Below, in pieces: positions 58,431 to 64,000 of a DNA stretch of 64,000 nucleotides. Under the pieces are notes generated by a model, which was not told where the DNA came from, searched no databases, and saw only the letters and a program-made list of their open reading frames with translations. How positions within the stretch are numbered: position 1 is the stretch's first letter; every line of letters starts with the position of its first letter. The stretch spans positions 1,568,001-1,632,000 of the forward strand of contig OZ219920.1 in NCBI GenBank assembly GCA_964291415.2, in the 5' to 3' direction. The translations under genes and the position numbers were made by a program. The DNA comes from Alphaproteobacteria bacterium (lineage in GTDB: Bacteria; Pseudomonadota; Alphaproteobacteria; SP197).

Positions 58431-60350
58431 TCACGAACCGCCCCTCGCCTGTCGATGCTCCTCCAGTCCCAATGCGGCGAGGACCGTCGAGACAATTCCC
58501 GATGCATCAAGGCCCGCCTGGCGTACCTGACTCTCGGGCGCATCCTGGTCAAGAAAGGCGTCGGGCATGATCACCGGCCTGAAAATCAGGCCGGAATCAA
58601 AGAGACCGGCGTCAGCGAGGACATGCATGACCTGGCTGGCAAAGCCGCCGATCGATCCCTCCTCAACCGTCAGGAGAACCTCGTGATTGTTCGCAAGGCG
58701 CACGATCAGTTCGCCATCGACGGGCTTGGCGAAACGGGCATCGGCAACGGTCGTTGACAGACCGCTGGCGTCCAGCACCACCGCGGCTTCCAGCGCGTCC
58801 TGCAATCGCGCACCATAGGACAGGATTGCGACACGCGTACCTTCGCGCACAACCCGGCCGCGACCGATTTCGAGTGGTTGGCCCTGTTCCGGCAAAGGCA
58901 CGCCAACCCCTGAACCGCGTGGATAGCGAAAGGCGCTTGGACGGTCGTCGATGGCCACGGCCGTGGCCACCATGTGGACGAGCTCCGCCTCGTCGGCTGG
59001 CGCCATGACGACCATTCCCGGAAGGCAGCCCATGTAGGCGATGTCGAAGGCGCCACAGTGAGTCTGTCCGTCCGCGCCCACAAACCCGGCGCGGTCCATG
59101 GCAAAGCGTACCGGCAGGCTCTGGATCGCGACGTCGTGGACGATCTGGTCGAACGCCCGCTGGAGGAAGGTCGAGTAGATGGCCGCGAACGGTTTCATGC
59201 CTTCAGCCGCCAGACCCGCGGCAAACGTGACCCCGTGCTGTTCGGCCAGTCCGACATCAAACGTGCGTTCGGGAAACACGTCGCCAAAGCGGTCGACGCC
59301 GGTTCCCGACGGCATCGCCGCCGTGATCGCCACGATCGAGTCGTCGCGCCGCGCCTCGTCGATCAGACTGTCGGCGAACACCCGTGTCCAACTTGGTTTG
59401 TTGCTGGTGCTCTTGGCGATCTCGCCTGTCGCCACATCGAACTTGCCGACCCCGTGATACCGGTCGCTCGACCCTTCTGCCGGTGCGTAGCCCTTTCCCT
59501 TCCGGGTGATGGCATGGATGAGGACCGGTCCCTCACTTCTATCGTCGCGCACATTGCGCAGGACGGGAATCAGATGGTCGAGGTTATGGCCGTCTATGGG
59601 TCCGACATAGAAGAAGCCGAGTTCCTCGAACAGGGTGCCTCCGGTCAGCATTCCCCGGACGTAGCTCTCCGCCCTGTGCGCGGTTTTCCTGACAGTATCG
59701 GGGAACCGATCCGAAACCTGCAGGCCGATTTCACGCAGCGACCGGTAGGACTTCGACGAGATGAGTCGCGACAGATACGCCGACAGCGCGCCAACGGGCG
59801 GGGCGATCGACATGTCGTTGTCATTCAGGATAACGATCAGTTTGCTGGCGCTCGCGCCGGCGTTGTTGAGGCCCTCGAAGGACATGCCCCCCGTCATGGC
59901 GCCGTCGCCAATGACGGCGACCACCCTGTTCGACCGTTCCTGGAGGTCGCGGGCTACGGAGAAGCCGAGGGCCGCCGATATTGACGTCGAGGCGTGCGCT
60001 GCGCCGAACGGATCGTACTCGCTCTCCGAGCGCTTCGTGAATCCGGAAAGGCCACCGCCCTTGCGCAAGGTGCGGATCCGGTCGCGACGTCCGGTGAGGA
60101 TCTTGTGAGGATACACCTGATGACCAACATCCCAGATGATCCGGTCGTCAGGCGTGTCAAAGAGATAGTGGAGCGCCACGGTGAGCTCAACCACCCCGAG
60201 ACCTGCTCCAAGGTGGCCTCCGGTGACCGACACCGCATCAATGGTCTCGGCCCGCAGCTCGTCGGCAACCTGCCGAAGCGCATCAACCGGCAGTTTCCTG
60301 AGGTCGCCAGGTACCCTGATCGTGTCGAGAAGAGGGGTGTCCGTCACCAT
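58431..60350 (-). CDS. dxs: 1-deoxy-D-xylulose-5-phosphate synthase
   Basis: Motifs [35 protein letters not shown] and DRAG. Confidence 0.97.
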   Translation of the reverse strand: MVTDTPLLDTIRVPGDLRKLPVDALRQVADELRAETIDAVSVTGGHLGAGLGVVELTVALHYLFDTPDDRIIWDVGHQVYPHKILTGRRDRIRTLRKGGGLSGFTKRSESEYDPFGAAHASTSISAALGFSVARDLQERSNRVVAVIGDGAMTGGMSFEGLNNAGASASKLIVILNDNDMSIAPPVGALSAYLSRLISSKSYRSLREIGLQVSDRFPDTVRKTAHRAESYVRGMLTGGTLFEELGFFYVGPIDGHNLDHLIPVLRNVRDDRSEGPVLIHAITRKGKGYAPAEGSSDRYHGVGKFDVATGEIAKSTSNKPSWTRVFADSLIDEARRDDSIVAITAAMPSGTGVDRFGDVFPERTFDVGLAEQHGVTFAAGLAAEGMKPFAAIYSTFLQRAFDQIVHDVAIQSLPVRFAMDRAGFVGADGQTHCGAFDIAYMGCLPGMVVMAPADEAELVHMVATAVAIDDRPSAFRYPRGSGVGVPLPEQGQPLEIGRGRVVREGTRVAILSYGARLQDALEAAVVLDASGLSTTVADARFAKPVDGELIVRLANNHEVLLTVEEGSIGGFASQVMHVLADAGLFDSGLIFRPVIMPDAFLDQDAPESQVRQAGLDASGIVSTVLAALGLEEHRQARGGS

Positions 60351-60511
60351 CCGATCTCCCTGAATTGAGGGAGATACTACAGGATCGGGTCACTGCATGC
60401 CACTTGCCACACCGGCGATGTCACCAGCCTGCCACGCGGCGGTGGCGTAACGGGGCCAAATCCTCGGCGACAATGCACCGGTTGACGGCCCGAGCGCGCG
60501 GTCCGGACCGG

Positions 60512-60994
60512 TCAGCCCAACTGCTCGAGCATGGTCTCCGCACTGGTCGCAGAAAAGCCGTCTTCATCGACATTGACTTGCTTGACCACCCCGTCCTCAA
60601 CGAGGAGCGAAAACCGTTTGCCGCGCATGCCGAAGGCGACCCCGGAGAGATCGAGTTCCAGTCCCAGCGCCTTCGAGTAGTCGGCATTGCCGTCGGCCAG
60701 CATGAGGACGCTGTCCCCGACACTCTGGTGTTCACCCCAGGCCCCCATCACAAAGGCGTCATTGACGGCCATGCATGCAATGGTGTCCACGCCCTTGGCC
60801 CTGATGGCTCCAGCATGGGTGACGAAGCCCGGCAGGTGCTTGGCCGAACAGGTGGGAGTAAAGGCGCCGGGAACGGAAAACAGCACCACTTTCTTGCCGG
60901 CAAAGAGCTCGTCGCTCGAGACTGGCGCCGGACCGTCCGCCGTCATGGTGTGAAGTGTGCCCGATGGCATGTTGTCGCCGACACTGATCGTCAT
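60512..60994 (-). CDS. Peroxiredoxin (Prx5/type II)
   Basis: Motifs VPGAFTPTCS..HLPG, VNDAFVM and LADGN. Confidence 0.93.
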   Translation of the reverse strand: MTISVGDNMPSGTLHTMTADGPAPVSSDELFAGKKVVLFSVPGAFTPTCSAKHLPGFVTHAGAIRAKGVDTIACMAVNDAFVMGAWGEHQSVGDSVLMLADGNADYSKALGLELDLSGVAFGMRGKRFSLLVEDGVVKQVNVDEDGFSATSAETMLEQLG

Positions 60995-61135
60995 GGTCTT
61001 TGTCCTTTCGCCCCGGTTGGGTGACCTGTGCCTGGTATATGGACCGGCCTGCACCCTTCCTCAACCCCTCATGGACCGGTGATGCAAAAGTCTTCGGCAA
61101 CGGCTATGATGAACTTCGACCGTGGACATGGATTC

Positions 61136-61723
61136 ATGAACGAACCAATGGACGACGACAGCCAGCTCGAAGGACGCTGCCTGATCGCCATGCCGACAAT
61201 CGGTGATCCGCGATTTGAACGGACCGTGATCTACATGTGCTCCCACAGTGACAAGGGCGCGATGGGACTGGTCGTCAACAAGTCACTGGAGAGCATCACG
61301 GTCGGCGATGTTGTCGAACGCCTCGGTCTCGACCCAGGCGAAAGCGGCGATGGCATCCGCGTACACTTCGGCGGTCCCGTGGAGACGGGCCGAGGTTTTG
61401 TGCTGCATTCCGACGACTACGTGCGTGACGGAACGTTGCAGATATCCGGTGGCATCGCTCTCACCGCAACTATCGACGTCCTCAAGGCCATGATTCGGGG
61501 GGACGGCCCCCGCAACAGCCTGCTGGCCCTCGGCTACGCAGGGTGGGCACCAGGTCAGCTTGATGCCGAAATCCAGAACAACGGCTGGCTGGTCTGTGAC
61601 GCGGACCCCGAGCTCCTCTTCAACAGCGACCTCGATGGCAAGTGGACGGGAGCGCTGACGAAACTCGGCATTGACCCGGCCATGCTGGCCACCGACGTGG
61701 GCGGCACCGGCAAGCCGAACTGA
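61136..61723 (+). CDS. YqgE/AlgH family protein
   Basis: Motifs LIAMP..DPRF.RTV, GAMGLVVN, GGPVE..RGFVLHS and LGYAGW..GQL..E. Confidence 0.92.
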   Translation: MNEPMDDDSQLEGRCLIAMPTIGDPRFERTVIYMCSHSDKGAMGLVVNKSLESITVGDVVERLGLDPGESGDGIRVHFGGPVETGRGFVLHSDDYVRDGTLQISGGIALTATIDVLKAMIRGDGPRNSLLALGYAGWAPGQLDAEIQNNGWLVCDADPELLFNSDLDGKWTGALTKLGIDPAMLATDVGGTGKPN

Positions 61724-61816
61724 CCGGGCACCTCGGCTTCGGGGCAAAGCCTGTGGCGCCCTGAGAATTCATCTGATTGCGGACTCCAACCCTCCTGGTC
61801 ATGACCGGAAGGGCCG

Positions 61817-62716
61817 TCAGCGGCTGCCGCGCGAGACCATGGCCACACCGACCACCGCAATCATCATGCCGACAATGGCCAGCACAGCCAGGCTCTCTCC
61901 GAAGAACAGCCAGCCCATTGCCGCCGTGGTGGGCGGGCTGAGATAGATCAGGCTGGTACCCCTGGTCGCGGCTCCACGGGTCACGAGAGCGTAGAAGACA
62001 ATCATGGAGATGACCGAGAGGACCACTGCCGACCACAGGAGCGCGAACAGGTACTCTCCTGTCCACGATACCTCCATGGTCTCGAACAGGCCCGCCAGGG
62101 CAAGGATGACCACACAACTGACCGTGTTCTGGATCGCCACCGTGGTACGCAGATCGAAAGTCGCGCAGAACTTCTTTTGGTAGAGCGTGCCGGTCGTGAT
62201 TGCGACCAGTCCGATGAGCCCGAGCGCATAGCCGAACCAGACCGCGTCGCCGAGCACCACCCTCTCCGCCACGACCAGGCTGAGACCGCCGAATCCGAGC
62301 GCCAGCCCGAGCCATTGAAGCCGACTCACCGACTCGCGGAGAAACGGCCCTACCAGTGCTCCGGTGATCAGCGGTTGCAGTCCGACAATCAGCGCCATGA
62401 CGCCAATGGAGACTCCGAGATAGATGCCGCAATAGACGCCGATCAGGTAGAGGCTCTGGACAAGCAGACCGGCGACAGCGATGTGGCCATAGTCGCGCAG
62501 ACGCCGTGGCCACGAGGTGCGCAGTGCCACGCACAGCACGAGAAGGAGTACGCTGGCGATGACAAATCGTGTACCCAGGAATGTCAAGGGTTCGGCGTAG
62601 GGGGAGCCGAACTTGGCTGCAACGAAACCGGTCGACCAGAACAGAACGAACATCACCGCAAGCGAGGCGAACATCAGCGGAGAGAGCGGGGCAGGTTGAG
62701 CGTTCAACGTGAGCAC
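61817..62716 (-). CDS. DMT/EamA family transporter
   Basis: Motifs WSTGF, EPLTF...RF, LQP and YLSPP, with about 10 TM segments. Confidence 0.88.
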   Translation of the reverse strand: MLTLNAQPAPLSPLMFASLAVMFVLFWSTGFVAAKFGSPYAEPLTFLGTRFVIASVLLLVLCVALRTSWPRRLRDYGHIAVAGLLVQSLYLIGVYCGIYLGVSIGVMALIVGLQPLITGALVGPFLRESVSRLQWLGLALGFGGLSLVVAERVVLGDAVWFGYALGLIGLVAITTGTLYQKKFCATFDLRTTVAIQNTVSCVVILALAGLFETMEVSWTGEYLFALLWSAVVLSVISMIVFYALVTRGAATRGTSLIYLSPPTTAAMGWLFFGESLAVLAIVGMMIAVVGVAMVSRGSR

Positions 62717-63067
62717 CCTCGAGCCGCCATCGCGTCCGGGAGCGGTTCCGGATCATGAGTTGGGCCCCGCCTTGCCGCAGCGACCGGTGAACCCCGGTTG
62801 TCGCAGGAAGCGGACAAGCGATTCACCGATCGGCCTGGTTCACCAATCGTCGCACTCCTCCGAGCGGGAAGCGTGCCCGGGACGCATATCCGGAAGACAG
62901 CCGAGGCGAAACCGGTGTCGTGTTTCACTGTCCGCCGACCCTTCCCATTCGAGGTGGCAGCGATCACAAGGTTCGACCCGAGGCGGACATCCCGCCCCTC
63001 TGGCACATTCATGCCTTCATGACCCGGCCGGGAAACCGGCCACCGGAGGCACACGATCCGTGCGGGT

Positions 63068-64000
63068 CTATGGCGCGATGACGGGATCTGGGGTCGGATA
63101 GACGATCCTGCCGTTCATCATTGTCAGCTTGATACGGGCCTCGAGCAGCGATGCCGGTCCCAGGGCAAGGATATCGCGATCCACAACGGCAATATCCGCG
63201 GCGAACCCGGGCTTCAGTACACCCGTCACATGGTCGAGCCATGCAGCCCAGGCCGATTCACGGGTGCCATGGACGATGGCCGCTTCGAGCGGCAGTACCC
63301 AGTCGGGCCGATGTGCAGGCAGGGTCTCGTCGACCGGCGACTTGCGGGTCGAGGCGATGTACATGTTGGGCAGCGACCAGTGCGGGGTGGTCGGTGCATC
63401 CGTGCCGAAGGCGAGCACCGATCCCGCCGCGACATGCAGGGGCCAGGCGAAGCCATGATTGGCGCGCTCCGGACCGATCATCGCGATCCAGTTCTGCAGA
63501 TAGGCCGGATCCATGTGCACCGGTTGCATCGACGCCGTGATGCCAAGCCGTCCCATTCGTTCGATGTCCTCGGCACGAACGTACTCCAGGTGCTCGATGC
63601 GGTGGCGCTTGCCGGACGTTCCATTGATCTGCATGGCCCTTTCCATTGCATCAACGGTGTTGCGGATCGCCTGATCGCCCACGGCGTGAACGGCTATCTG
63701 CAATCCGGCGGCGTCGGCCGCCTCGACGACCGGATCGAGAGCCTCGGGTGGCCAGATGGGATCGGAACTCGTCCCGTTCGTGTACGGCTTGCTGAGTGCC
63801 GCTGTGCAGGCATCGATCGAGCCGTCCGAGATGACCTTGACGCCACCGACACGCAGCCAGTCGCCCTGATACTCCCGGGACAGTTCGGCCGCCCTCTTCA
63901 CCAGGGCGAGTTCTTCAGCCGTATCGCCCGTGCGCCAGATGATCATGTGCGCGATGACCCGCACGGTCAGCTTGCCTGCCGCCTGCAATCTGGCAATCGA
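63068..64000 (-). CDS. Amidohydrolase family 3 (YtcJ-like), 5' end outside window
   Basis: Motifs K..SDG, HAVGDQA, HRIEH, SMQP.H, FGTDAP and G..ADIAVVD. Confidence 0.88.
   Translation of the reverse strand, partial: SIARLQAAGKLTVRVIAHMIIWRTGDTAEELALVKRAAELSREYQGDWLRVGGVKVISDGSIDACTAALSKPYTNGTSSDPIWPPEALDPVVEAADAAGLQIAVHAVGDQAIRNTVDAMERAMQINGTSGKRHRIEHLEYVRAEDIERMGRLGITASMQPVHMDPAYLQNWIAMIGPERANHGFAWPLHVAAGSVLAFGTDAPTTPHWSLPNMYIASTRKSPVDETLPAHRPDWVLPLEAAIVHGTRESAWAAWLDHVTGVLKPGFAADIAVVDRDILALGPASLLEARIKLTMMNGRIVYPTPDPVIAP

Noticed and set aside
62940-63000. GGTTCGACCC T-loop-like sequence in an intergenic region
   Set aside because: No cloverleaf or acceptor stem could be built.

Overview
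This is a high-GC (roughly 65-70% by eye) bacterial chromosomal window. The divergent ffh / dapF-mtaB-ftsY block, yejABEF, hpnDE and the prx/yqgE pair point to an alphaproteobacterium, and a marine invertebrate (sponge) symbiont is inferred. Bases 1-13.5 kb hold a sup-type (sponge-symbiont ubiquitous PKS) lipid cluster. It comprises the 3' end of an Sfp-type PPTase, an NCS2-fold permease fused to a degenerate RsbW/GHKL-like domain, a ~3440-aa KS-AT-DH-cMT-ER-KR-ACP-KS-AT0 type I PKS split by a 1-nt frameshift at ~8419, and a convergent alpha/beta hydrolase. The rest is housekeeping genes (murJ, ffh, dapF, mtaB, ftsY, clpP, yejABEF, dxs) mixed with many amine/betaine uptake and catabolic genes, a ParDE-type TA pair, a Sel1-repeat protein, a wHTH-Fic gene with a repeated upstream motif, a photolyase and a dxs-hpnD-hpnE-chrA run lacking hpnC/shc. 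I found no rRNA, tRNA, CRISPR array or transposase. All calls come from motif recognition by eye; no database search was run.
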